A stretch of DNA of 61,933 nt, filler included. It is 3 parts of 3 records of this genome, joined end to end, with 100 filler letters (N's around TTAATTAATTAA, not from the genome) between each part and the next. Parts side by side here need not be neighbours in the genome. Positions count along the whole stretch, not along the records: positions 1 to 13,134 come from SRR20825010_1554; positions 13,235 to 33,226 come from SRR20825010_1567; 1 more part is not named here. One strand, given 5' to 3'. The notes under the pieces were generated by a model. It did no database searches and was not told where the DNA came from. It worked only from the letters and a program-made list of their open reading frames with translations. Of this stretch, positions 8,280-18,060 are shown piece by piece (within the stretch, counting starts at the first letter, position 1; each line of letters begins with the position of its first letter). The translations under genes and the position numbers were made by a program.

Positions 8280-10646
8280 ATGAATACAGAGAAAAGAGAT
8301 TTCCCATTAGAAATAAAAATAGGTTTCAAAAAAGTTTTTGATGCCTATAGAGAAAAGGCGGGTAAAAGTGAAGGAGATAAGAAACAAGTTTCTGAAATTC
8401 TTGCTTTAGAAGAAAAATATCCAATCCTAACCACAGGAATAAGCGATTATACAAAGCTGAACGAATACCAATCGCAAATAGACACGATATTAGATCCAAT
8501 TTTTCCAGCAATTTTGGAAAACAATGAAATTAAATTTGCAACCATCCCATTTCAAGAACTTGCTTTTAAATGTTCTACACGTTATAAAAATATAATGAAG
8601 TCTGTAGGGCCAGATTTCTCATTAGATATTATAAATTTTAATGCAGATCAATTCTACATCATGGGTTGCAGCATAATACTATCTCAGTATTATGGTAAAA
8701 AAGTTGATTTCCGCCGTTCTTTCTATTATAATATTCCAGACGCTGATGGTTTGGTTAGAAATTATAGATTGCTTTATAATGCAGATTTTGTGGATATTCA
8801 GAAAACCTCAAAAGCGAAAGATATTACTGCTGAAGATGTAAATGAACTATTAGAAAGTTTTGAAGATGTTTCAGTCTGGAAAGAAAAATTTCCACTTGAA
8901 AGCTGGATTTTTAATGGGTTTGTCCTTGCCACACTTTCTGATGCCACGATGGATGTGTCTATATCTGAGTTTAAATCCAACTTACTAAAGCTTGAAAATA
9001 ACGGAGGATTATACAATAATGAAATAAATAATACATTCCGTTCCATTTTTGGCCTAAAAGATTTACAGATAGGTTATACAGATTATAATGAAGAATCTGA
9101 TCTCTTTGAAAGAATACTATATAAAGAAGTGTCAAGTTTTATTCTTCATGGCGAGAAATCACAGCTTAGTAAAAACGCCCTTTGTGACGCCTCCTATTAT
9201 ACACTCTTTAAGAAAAATGAATTTTATTGTGTAACCGATGCTTCGCGTTACCATAAATTGTATCCAGACAATTTACTCTATAAAAAAATGTTGGATCAAG
9301 GTATAAAGAGTGCCATTTTTGCAGCTATAGTTCATGATGATAAAGTTTTAGGGGTTTTAGAACTTGTTTCCCCAAACGCAAACGATTTAAACACCATAAA
9401 CGCCAATAAGCTTCGCGATATAATGCCATTTTTGATAGATTCGGTTGTGCGAGCAAAAGAGAATCTAGAAAATGAATTGGAACTTATAATCCAAGATGAA
9501 TGTACTTCAATACATAGTAGTGTTCACTGGAAATTTAGAAGAGAAGCTAAACGCTATTTAAAGTCAATAACAGATGGAAATCCTACGGTTTTTCGTGAAA
9601 TCGTTTTTGAAGATGTGCACCCACTTTATGGACAAACAGATATTAAAGGTTCTTCGGAAACTAGAAATGAAGCCACTAAAAAAGACCTAATTATTCAATT
9701 AGAATATGTAGAAAACATGCTTAAAAAACTGAACAACCATAGCCCGTTGCCAGTTTTTGAACAAATGAATTTTACAATATCTGGCTTTTTAAACGAAATT
9801 AAAGAAAACCTACAAGTAGATACCGAACGAAAGATTATGAACTTTCTTTTATCGGAAATTATCCCTTTTTTCAAGTATATAAGAGATAAAAATAAACTCT
9901 ATAAGGGTATGGTAGATGAATACTATGAGCTTATAGATATAAACACAGGTTTTGTATATCAGCACAGAAAAGATTACGATGAGTCTGTAATGCTAATAAA
10001 TAAAAGGCTTGCGTCTGTTTTAGATAAAAAGCAACAAGATGCGCAATTAATGTATCCACATTATTTTGAACGTTTTAAAAGCGATGGGGTAGAACACAAT
10101 CTATATATTGGGGAATCTATTACCAAAGAAATTTCTTTCAATGAAATTTTTCTTAAAAATTTAAAACTTTGGCAACTTCAAGTAGTTTGTGAGATGGAAA
10201 ATAGTTACTACCGCCTTAAAGAAAAACTACCTGTAGCTTTAGATGTAGCCTCAATGATTTTGGCTTTCAATGGTTCTCTTTCATTACGTTTTAGAATGGA
10301 TGAAAAACGATTTGATGTTGATGGAACCTATAATGCGCGTTATGAAGTTGTAAAAAAACGTGTTGATAAAGCACATATAAAAGGTACCGAAGAACGTATT
10401 ACCCAGCCTGGAAAAATTTCAATAATCTACTCGCAAAAAGAAGACGAGGAGGAATATATCAAATACATCCAATTTTTACAGTTTAAAAAACTCCTTGGAG
10501 ATGATATTGAAGTACATGAATTAGAGGACCTTCAGGGTGTTACGGGTTTAAAAGCTCTGCGTGTTAATGTTCTTTATTCAAAGAATAGTGATAATGATAA
10601 AGAATATTATACGTACGAAGACTTAATTTCTCAAATTCAGGATTAA
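8280..10646 (+). CDS. GAF domain-containing protein with possible divergent class III nucleotidyl cyclase C-terminus
   Basis: 788-aa ORF; GAF-type segment GIKSAIFAAIVHDDKVLGVLELVS; C-terminal motifs TDIKGSS, FKSDG, FDVDGTYN, QPGKISI (cyclase reading is inference). Confidence 0.7.
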   Translation: MNTEKRDFPLEIKIGFKKVFDAYREKAGKSEGDKKQVSEILALEEKYPILTTGISDYTKLNEYQSQIDTILDPIFPAILENNEIKFATIPFQELAFKCSTRYKNIMKSVGPDFSLDIINFNADQFYIMGCSIILSQYYGKKVDFRRSFYYNIPDADGLVRNYRLLYNADFVDIQKTSKAKDITAEDVNELLESFEDVSVWKEKFPLESWIFNGFVLATLSDATMDVSISEFKSNLLKLENNGGLYNNEINNTFRSIFGLKDLQIGYTDYNEESDLFERILYKEVSSFILHGEKSQLSKNALCDASYYTLFKKNEFYCVTDASRYHKLYPDNLLYKKMLDQGIKSAIFAAIVHDDKVLGVLELVSPNANDLNTINANKLRDIMPFLIDSVVRAKENLENELELIIQDECTSIHSSVHWKFRREAKRYLKSITDGNPTVFREIVFEDVHPLYGQTDIKGSSETRNEATKKDLIIQLEYVENMLKKLNNHSPLPVFEQMNFTISGFLNEIKENLQVDTERKIMNFLLSEIIPFFKYIRDKNKLYKGMVDEYYELIDINTGFVYQHRKDYDESVMLINKRLASVLDKKQQDAQLMYPHYFERFKSDGVEHNLYIGESITKEISFNEIFLKNLKLWQLQVVCEMENSYYRLKEKLPVALDVASMILAFNGSLSLRFRMDEKRFDVDGTYNARYEVVKKRVDKAHIKGTEERITQPGKISIIYSQKEDEEEYIKYIQFLQFKKLLGDDIEVHELEDLQGVTGLKALRVNVLYSKNSDNDKEYYTYEDLISQIQD

Positions 10647-10648
10647 AA

Positions 10649-11833
10649 CTACACGCCAAAGTAAAAGAAAACCGCAAACGAGATTAATGAAATTATGGTT
10701 CCTGCCACAAAAATGGTGTATGTAAGCCTTAAAATTCTATATTTTCGGTCTAATACTTTTCCAAGAAAATATAAATCCTTTGTAAGCGATTTATACACAT
10801 AGTTTCTGTCTTTTAACAACTCTTCGATAGCCCATTCGTATTGTTCTAATTCCATTTTATGGAAATTTCCGAAGAAGGTTAAATTCACACTTTTATTTGC
10901 TACATCTTCTTTGGTAAATTCACCTCTGGTTACATTTGGGCGCGTTGCAATTACTGCTAGAATCATCGTAATTGCGCTAAAAAGTATAAATATAGCAGTA
11001 GGAATAATTAAATAATTATTGTTGTCTAACTTCGATATTAAATTTGAAAGCACTAACGAAATAATAATTGCATTTACCGAAAGCATAATATTTGCTTTTG
11101 TATCTGCAATATCACTCAACTTCATGTGGTTACGAAGTGCCGTACGGTAAAAAGTTTGAATTCCTCGTTCTGGGCTATCATTTTTATACTGGGCTTTTAG
11201 CTTCGCTTTTACTTTTTCTTTCTGTAATTTGGCTTTGTCTTTTTTACGTTTACTTAATAAGTTAGAAAGATTTTCTTCCTTAACAGGTTGCCAATTTTTT
11301 AGCGCATAATCAGTATAAAATTGATGGTTTTCAACTAAAAACCTTATGTTTTCATCTAGCCATTCTTTCGCAGTGTAATTATGTACATTTTGAAATAAAA
11401 ATTCCTGTCTTAAAAACTCGCTTGCTTCCTCAAAATAGTCCTTTCCGAAGTGTGACGAATCAGCATCACGAATTATTTTTTCTAGTTCAGAACTTGGAGT
11501 CGTATTTTTGAATTTTGTTGCAAGTATGCATTTTTCTACGCCCTCAATAATAGCGTTTTCTACATCTTGTTTTTTTAAGAAATCGACCGCTATTTTTACA
11601 CTTTCTTCCTCATGGTTTTCACGCGAAACGGTGTAACCAGTATCATGCAGTAATGCCGACAAACGTAGTATTGTGGCATCTTTAACATCAATTTGTGAGT
11701 TTTCAATGATTTCGTTTATACTTTTATAAACACGTTTTGAATGCGTGTAATTATGATAAACAAACGTACTTGGAAGCTTGTCTTTAAATAACTGAAAGAT
11801 AAAATTATCAGCAGTTTGAACTATATTGCTCAT
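10649..11833 (-). CDS. HD-domain phosphohydrolase fused to Pycsar-effector-like (DUF5706) transmembrane domain
   Basis: YHNYTH, LLHDTG, HEEES, IIRDADSSH; C-terminal ADTKANIML, FFGNF, LGKVLDRKY with three hydrophobic helices. Confidence 0.8.
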   Translation of the reverse strand: MSNIVQTADNFIFQLFKDKLPSTFVYHNYTHSKRVYKSINEIIENSQIDVKDATILRLSALLHDTGYTVSRENHEEESVKIAVDFLKKQDVENAIIEGVEKCILATKFKNTTPSSELEKIIRDADSSHFGKDYFEEASEFLRQEFLFQNVHNYTAKEWLDENIRFLVENHQFYTDYALKNWQPVKEENLSNLLSKRKKDKAKLQKEKVKAKLKAQYKNDSPERGIQTFYRTALRNHMKLSDIADTKANIMLSVNAIIISLVLSNLISKLDNNNYLIIPTAIFILFSAITMILAVIATRPNVTRGEFTKEDVANKSVNLTFFGNFHKMELEQYEWAIEELLKDRNYVYKSLTKDLYFLGKVLDRKYRILRLTYTIFVAGTIISLISFAVFFYFGV

Positions 11834-11885
11834 AGAAAATATTTAAGTATCCAAAGTACTAAAAAATCAATGTACAGCTATATTT

Positions 11886-13134
11886 ATGAATAAAATTAAC
11901 ATCTTTATAACTTTTGTAACGACCTTCTTTCTTGCTTCATGTGCTACGTACCAGCCTCAGTATACTACAATAAATAAAACTACAACTAATGAAGAAATAG
12001 AAAAGAGCTCTATTAATAAAACATTCTACTTAATAGGAAATGCAGGAAACGATGAAGCAACTGCTTCAAAATCTGTTCAATCCCTAAAAAACTATATTGC
12101 TAAACACAATTCTAAAGATAGTTATGTTTTATTTTTAGGAAACAGTTTTTACCCTCAAGGTATGCAACCAAAAAATGAGGAAGCTAAGAAAAAAGCTACA
12201 ACCGCTATGCAATTGCAAATTGATGCTTTAGCAAACTTTAAAGGAAAAGTTATTGTGCTTCCCGGAAATCGCGATTGGAGAAGTGGGGTTGATGGCCTTG
12301 AATTGGAAGAAGATTTTTTAAAAGCACAGTTTAATGACGCCGATGTGTTGCAGCCCAATAATGGATGCCCTTTAGAGAGTATAGACATTAATGATGAGCT
12401 TCATTTAATGGTTTTAGATACGCAGTGGTTTCTAGAAAATTGGGACAACTACCCAAAAATGAATGATAAATGCGATATAAAAACCCGTGAAAAACTCTTT
12501 GAAGAAATAGAAGGCGAATTAAAGAAAAACGCTACTAAAACGATAGTTTTTGCAATGTATCACCCCTTAATCTCAAATGGGGAACACGGAGGTAAATATC
12601 CATTAATTCATAAAGATTTTTTTAGCACACTTATCAAACCAATCAAAATTCAAGGCGCTATCTCTAAACAAGACCGTTATAATGAGCGCTATAATGAATT
12701 AATGAGCCGTATGAAGGTGCTAACAAAAGATTTAAAACGTCTTGTTTTTGTATCTGGACAAGACAAATCCTTACAGTACAGCGAAAACGGGCAGACAAAA
12801 CAGATAGTGTCTGGTTCTGGTTCTGGTGCTACAGCTGCAGCACTTGGACAATTCGGACAGTTTGCAGCAGGACAAGAAGGTTTTGTACGTTTGGATGTAA
12901 CAAAAGATGGCGCTTCTGAAATACGAGCATTTAAAGCAAATGAAGACGGTTCGGTATCACAAATATTTCAAAAAGAAATATTTCCTGCCGAAAAACAATT
13001 TGATGATTCTCACCTAAATGATTCGTTTCCAAAGACTATAAAAGCAAAGATTTATAGCGATGAAATGGTTGAAAAAACGGGTTTCTATAAAACTGTATGG
13101 GGCGAGCATTACCGAAAAGTATATGGCACCGATG
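11886..13134 (+). CDS. Calcineurin-like metallophosphoesterase-fold lipoprotein with degenerate active site, 3' truncated by contig end
   Basis: Lipobox FLASC; motif scaffold GNAG / LGNSFYP / PGNRDW / LDTQW / MYHP / SGQDK / QIVSGSG. Confidence 0.75.
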
Positions 13135-13234
13135 NNNNNNNNNNNNNNNNNNNNNNNNNNNNNNNNNNNNNNNNNNNNTTAATTAATTAANNNNNNNNNN
13201 NNNNNNNNNNNNNNNNNNNNNNNNNNNNNNNNNN
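13135..13234. other. Artificial contig-joining linker
   Basis: N44 + TTAATTAATTAA (stops in all six frames) + N44; unrelated genes cut mid-ORF on both sides. Confidence 0.98.
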
Positions 13235-14516
13235 ATCCATTATCTCGGTTATGGACAAATACGTTCTTACCGCAACTTTACGAAGAGATGGATCAACTAA
13301 ATTTGGTGGGAAAAACCAATGGGGTGTTTTTCCATCCTTGGCGGTAGGTTGGAGAATTTCCAATGAGGCCTTCATGGATCCCCTAAAAGGGGTATTATCC
13401 TATGCTAAAATCAGGGCGAGTTATGGGGTTACTGGCTTTCAGGAACTGGACGACTATACCTATATCGCCGCATATCGATACTCAGGCCCTCAGGCGTTAT
13501 ATCAATTCGGGAATCAGTTTTACCCAACCCTCCGACCGGAAGCACAGGATCCGAATATCCAATGGGAGCAGACAGCCTCATTCAATTTGGGCTTAGACTA
13601 TGAGTTGTTTGATGGGAAGATCGTAGGTGCGATTGATGTTTATCAAAAGAACACAACCAAACTAATAAATTCAGTGCCACCGCCGGTAGGCACCTACACC
13701 AAAGACCGTATTCTTACCAATATAGGTGAAACACGAAATCGTGGAATCGAAATTGAAATAAACAGCCCGATTGTGAAAACAACTGATTTCAGAGTAAATG
13801 TTGGTTTCAACGCGGCATACAATGTAAATGAAATTGTTTCTCTAGACTTCTCTGGTTCAAAAGATTCGCAGCAGGAGAATACCAAAAGTAACATTGCCGG
13901 TGATGTAGGCCAGACCATCAAAACATGGAAAGTGGGTGAGCCTGTGAATTCATTCAATGTTTACCAGCAGATTTATTCGGAAGGTAGGCCGGTTTATGAC
14001 ATTATCAAACGATCCAACATGTATGTGGATCAGAATGAAGACGGACTTATCAATGAGAAAGATTTGGTAGCAGGTAAAAGCTCTGATCCAAAATACATCC
14101 TGGGTCTTACAACCAATGTTGGATATAAGGCATTTGACCTTGCTTTTACCCTCCGTAGCAACATCGGTCACTATGTATACAACAACGTGGCTTCAAACTA
14201 CGGTCACTTCCAACGAATCAACGGAGATCTTCCTTACAACATGCACACTTCCGTTTTGGAAACGCGTTTTGGAGCAGCTCAGCTAAAATCTGACTACTAT
14301 GTGGAGAAGGCTTCCTTTTTGAAGCTGGATAACATCACTCTGGGCTACAGTGTGAACCAGGTGAGTTGGATGAAAGCGAGAGTCTATGTAACCGGACAAA
14401 ACCTCTTAACGCTTAGCGGATATTCCGGCTTAAATCCAGAAGTCGACAATGGAATCGACAATAATCTGTACCCACGGTCAGTCACCATTATTGGTGGTAT
14501 TAACCTCACTTTTTAA
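13235..14516 (+). CDS. susC: SusC-like TonB-dependent transporter, 3' part (5' truncated)
   Basis: LRRDGSTKFG, FPSLAVGW, IQWEQT, SFLKLDNITLGY, YPRS and C-terminal Phe (INLTF). Confidence 0.93.
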
Positions 14517-14526
14517 TTCAAATAAA

Positions 14527-16143
14527 ATGAAGAAATATATTGTATCATTCCTTGTGATCCTGATAGGAACAGTTTCTTGTACGGATCTTGATGTGACACC
14601 AAAAGATGGTAGAGCAATTGAGTCTATCGTATTTGCCCAGGAGGAGGCCTACATCTCCTACCTGGCCAAAGTGTATGGAAGCTTGACATTGACCGGTCAG
14701 GAAGGTCCTGCCGGTTCTGCTGACCTCACAATCATAGCCGATGAAGGTTTTAGTAGTTATATCCGGGTCTATTGGAAGGCCCAGGAGCTTACCACAGACG
14801 AGGCAGTAATCCGCTGGACGGATGCCGGAATTCAGGATTTGAACACGAATACTTGGTCATCGGATAATCAGTTTGTTCGGGTATTGTATTACCGAATTTA
14901 TTTCACTATTGCCTTGGCCAATGATTTTTTGAGGGTTGCTGACACCTATGCCGGTGATTTTGATCAAAGTTTTTTAAATGAATTGGAAACCTATAAAGCT
15001 GAAGCGCGATTCATACGTGCGATGGCCTACTGGCATGCACTGGATTTGTTTCGAAATGTTACGTTGATAACAAAAGTAGGTTCAGCATTGCCATCGCAGG
15101 TTCCTCCTACTGAGCTCTACAATTTTATTTTGAGTGAATTGGATGAGATTGAACCAATGATGACTGATGCTGGTCAGGGTGCTTATGGACGTGCGGACAA
15201 AGCTGCGCTTTGGATGCTTCGGGCGAAGTTGAAGCTCAACGCACCGGTTTATCTTCCAACCGGGTCGGCGCAGCTCGACGGAATTTACGACGATGTGGTT
15301 TCGGATTTGGAATCGGTTATTGGGGCTGGCTACAGCCTAAATCCAAATTATTTGTACAATTTCAATGCGGACAATCACACCTCCTCGGAAATGATATTTC
15401 CGCTCACGATCGATGGAACGAGCAGTCAGTCATGGGGGTCGACCACTTTCCTTATCAGTGGAATGATTTTCTCTAAGGAAGACACCCTGGATGCTGGTCA
15501 CATGCGACCGATGGACTGGGGAATGGCCGGTGGTTGGCTCGGGATACGATGTACTAAAAACTTTGTGTCCTTGTTCGAAACATCACCGGATGTGTTCACC
15601 GCAGACGGTCGGCAGCAATTTTTTACAGCTTCCCGCACGAGGGATATCCCAGATATTTTGGGACAGGACAATGGATATCCATCACCAAAATATAGCAACA
15701 TAACGTCTGGTGGTTCTAATGGAAGCAACAACACCTATTCTGATGTGGATTATCCGTTGTTCCGATTGGCGGATGCCTATTTGATGTATGCAGAGGCAGT
15801 TTTGCGAGGTGGAAATGGAAACAGGGGAACGGCCCTGGGTTATGTAAATCAATTACGCGAACGCGCCTATGGAGATCTTTCCGGTAACATTACGGATGCC
15901 AATCTTACCTTAGATTTCCTTTTAGCTGAGCGCGGCAGAGAATTGTATTTTGAAGGGGTGAGAAGACAAGATATGATCCGATTCAATAAGTTTTCTGAAA
16001 GAGCAGGAGGCGAAGAGCAGATGTGGGAATGGAAAGGTGGTGATGTGAACGGAGTGAGTATTTCGGATCATCTGGAAATATTCCCAATTCCGGCTACTGA
16101 CCTTAGTGCCAACCCGAATCTATTTCAAAACGACGGTTACTAA
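14527..16143 (+). CDS. susD: SusD/RagB family glycan-binding lipoprotein
   Basis: Start MKKYIVSFLVILIGTVSC (lipobox); EARFIRA, RLADAYLMYAEA, ERGRELYFEGVRRQDMIRF, NPNLFQNDGY. Confidence 0.93.
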   Translation: MKKYIVSFLVILIGTVSCTDLDVTPKDGRAIESIVFAQEEAYISYLAKVYGSLTLTGQEGPAGSADLTIIADEGFSSYIRVYWKAQELTTDEAVIRWTDAGIQDLNTNTWSSDNQFVRVLYYRIYFTIALANDFLRVADTYAGDFDQSFLNELETYKAEARFIRAMAYWHALDLFRNVTLITKVGSALPSQVPPTELYNFILSELDEIEPMMTDAGQGAYGRADKAALWMLRAKLKLNAPVYLPTGSAQLDGIYDDVVSDLESVIGAGYSLNPNYLYNFNADNHTSSEMIFPLTIDGTSSQSWGSTTFLISGMIFSKEDTLDAGHMRPMDWGMAGGWLGIRCTKNFVSLFETSPDVFTADGRQQFFTASRTRDIPDILGQDNGYPSPKYSNITSGGSNGSNNTYSDVDYPLFRLADAYLMYAEAVLRGGNGNRGTALGYVNQLRERAYGDLSGNITDANLTLDFLLAERGRELYFEGVRRQDMIRFNKFSERAGGEEQMWEWKGGDVNGVSISDHLEIFPIPATDLSANPNLFQNDGY

Positions 16144-16153
16144 TCCCTAAACC

Positions 16154-16177
16154 AGCAGGTGCTCGAAGGCACCTGCT
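16154..16177 (+). other. Intergenic stem-loop after susD
   Basis: AGCAGGTGC / GCACCTGCT 9-bp stem, 6-nt loop, no U-tract. Confidence 0.6.
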
Positions 16178-16191
16178 TAAATCTTAAAATC

Positions 16192-18042
16192 ATGTTTAAA
16201 GGTGGTTCCAAATGGCTGCTAGTGGCTATTCTTTTGCTCATATTTTCCTCATTTCAGTCTAAAAGTCAAGAGATTGATCGTGTTGAGCCTCCAAATTGGT
16301 GGGTAGGTATGGCCAGTCAGGATTTGCAATTGCTAGTTCATGGGGTTAATGTTTGCAGCTCGAAAGTAAGGCTGCTCAAGAACAAAAATGTGGAACTCTT
16401 GACGGTTACACCAGCAGAGAACCCGAATTACCTGTTTCTCGACTTGCAAATTGATTCAAAAGCTGTTCCCCATACTTTCGAAATTGAGTTCAAGCCACAA
16501 AACGGCAAGGCCACTACCATTTCTTACGCGTTACAGGCACGAAATCCTCAGAACATTGTTTCTGTCGATCAAAGTGACGTCATCTATCTGATTACACCTG
16601 ATCGATTTGTGAATGGCAATCCGGGAAATGATACGGTTGAGGGCATGAAAGAGAAGGCTAACCGCGACTTCCACGGAGGTAGGCACGGAGGGGATTTAGA
16701 GGGCGTAATATCAAAACTCGATTATTTGGAAAATTTAGGTGTGACGACACTTTGGCTCAATCCTGTAGTGGAAAATGACATGCCGGAATATTCTTATCAT
16801 GGCTATGCGATCACAGATTTTTACAAAGTAGACCCGCGCTATGGCTCTAATGAACTGTATAAAAATCTTTCCGATCAACTTCAGGAGCGAAAAATGAAAC
16901 TGGTGATGGATATGGTATTCAACCACTGTGGACTGGAGCATTGGTGGATGAAAGATTCGCCTTTTTCCGATTGGGTACACGATGCGGAGAATTATCAAAT
17001 AACCAATCACACCATTCCTTCCTACTCAGATCCTTATGCCTCTTCAGGGGATTTGTCCAGAATGGAGCGGGGCTGGTTCGTGCCATCCATGCCGGATTTG
17101 AATCATGGCAACCGATTCATGGCCAATTACCTTATTCAAAATAGCATTTGGTGGGTGGAATATGCCGGATTGGACGGAATTCGTATGGATACCTATCCTT
17201 ACAACGACAAAGCCACCATGCAAGAATGGACGAAACGTGTGCTGGCCGAATATCCAGGACTTTTTCTTCTTGGTGAAACATGGGTGGCGGATGAAGCCAT
17301 TGAATCTTACTGGGCTCCTAAGAGTGCTGGGTCGGATGAATTTTCTAGTGGCCTGACCAGCACTACTGATTTTCCCCTGTGTTATGCCATGCACAACGCA
17401 TTTAAGAAGGAAGGCGATGTGAAAAAATTGTTTGAAACTTTGAGCAAGGATTTTCTCTATGACATGCCGTTCGCGAATACGACGTTCGTGGATAATCATG
17501 ACATGGATCGTTTTTATTATACCATCGGTGAGGATGTAAACCGCTTCAATTTGGCGATGACATTTTTGATGACCACAAGGGGTATCCCTCAGCTTTATTA
17601 TGGCTCGGAGATCCTCTTGAAAAAGAACAATCAGCATGGGGACATTCGTGAGGATTTCCCTGGAGGATGGTCGTCTGATACCAAAAACGCTTTTGACTAT
17701 GATCATTTGAATGCAGATCAAAAAATGGCCTTTGACCATCTTCAGAAGTTACTTCAGCTTCGTAAAATGAATGGTGTGATTCAAACCGGAGAGCTCAGAC
17801 ACTTTGTGCCCGAAAATAATGTGTATGTCTATAGCAGAGAATTAGAGGGCGAAAAATTACTATTTGTCCTTAACAACAATGATTCTGAAACCACGCTCGA
17901 TCTAGGCCGATTTAAAGAAGTTTTGAATGGATTTACACGTGGCGAAAACAAGCTCAACGGGGCACGGATAGATCTGAAAAGTGAGTTGATTTTGAAACCC
18001 ACTGAAAGCCTGATATTAGAACTGTCTGAAGTGAATAATTAA
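16192..18042 (+). CDS. GH13 neopullulanase/cyclomaltodextrinase (SusA-like)
   Basis: RVEPPNWW N-domain, YHGYAITD, DMVFNH, GIRMDT, LGETW, NHDMDR; signal peptide; ATG 16192 preferred. Confidence 0.92.
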   Translation: MFKGGSKWLLVAILLLIFSSFQSKSQEIDRVEPPNWWVGMASQDLQLLVHGVNVCSSKVRLLKNKNVELLTVTPAENPNYLFLDLQIDSKAVPHTFEIEFKPQNGKATTISYALQARNPQNIVSVDQSDVIYLITPDRFVNGNPGNDTVEGMKEKANRDFHGGRHGGDLEGVISKLDYLENLGVTTLWLNPVVENDMPEYSYHGYAITDFYKVDPRYGSNELYKNLSDQLQERKMKLVMDMVFNHCGLEHWWMKDSPFSDWVHDAENYQITNHTIPSYSDPYASSGDLSRMERGWFVPSMPDLNHGNRFMANYLIQNSIWWVEYAGLDGIRMDTYPYNDKATMQEWTKRVLAEYPGLFLLGETWVADEAIESYWAPKSAGSDEFSSGLTSTTDFPLCYAMHNAFKKEGDVKKLFETLSKDFLYDMPFANTTFVDNHDMDRFYYTIGEDVNRFNLAMTFLMTTRGIPQLYYGSEILLKKNNQHGDIREDFPGGWSSDTKNAFDYDHLNADQKMAFDHLQKLLQLRKMNGVIQTGELRHFVPENNVYVYSRELEGEKLLFVLNNNDSETTLDLGRFKEVLNGFTRGENKLNGARIDLKSELILKPTESLILELSEVNN

Positions 18043-18060
18043 ACGCATTAATCGAACCAA

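Noticed and set aside
8280-11833. Calling the locus a canonical Pycsar defence system
   Set aside because: Genes are convergent, there is no recognisable PycC, the effector is HD-fused and the flanks are housekeeping; kept only as a Pycsar-like hypothesis
11886-13134. Pseudogene call for the phosphoesterase
   Set aside because: No stop or frameshift in the visible part; truncation is due to the contig end
13179-13190. TTAATTAATTAA palindrome (also 33271-33282) as a biological site or repeat
   Set aside because: Centre of identical N-padded artificial linkers
14449-14526. Longer susD start at 14449
   Set aside because: Overlaps susC; the lipoprotein signal begins at ATG 14527
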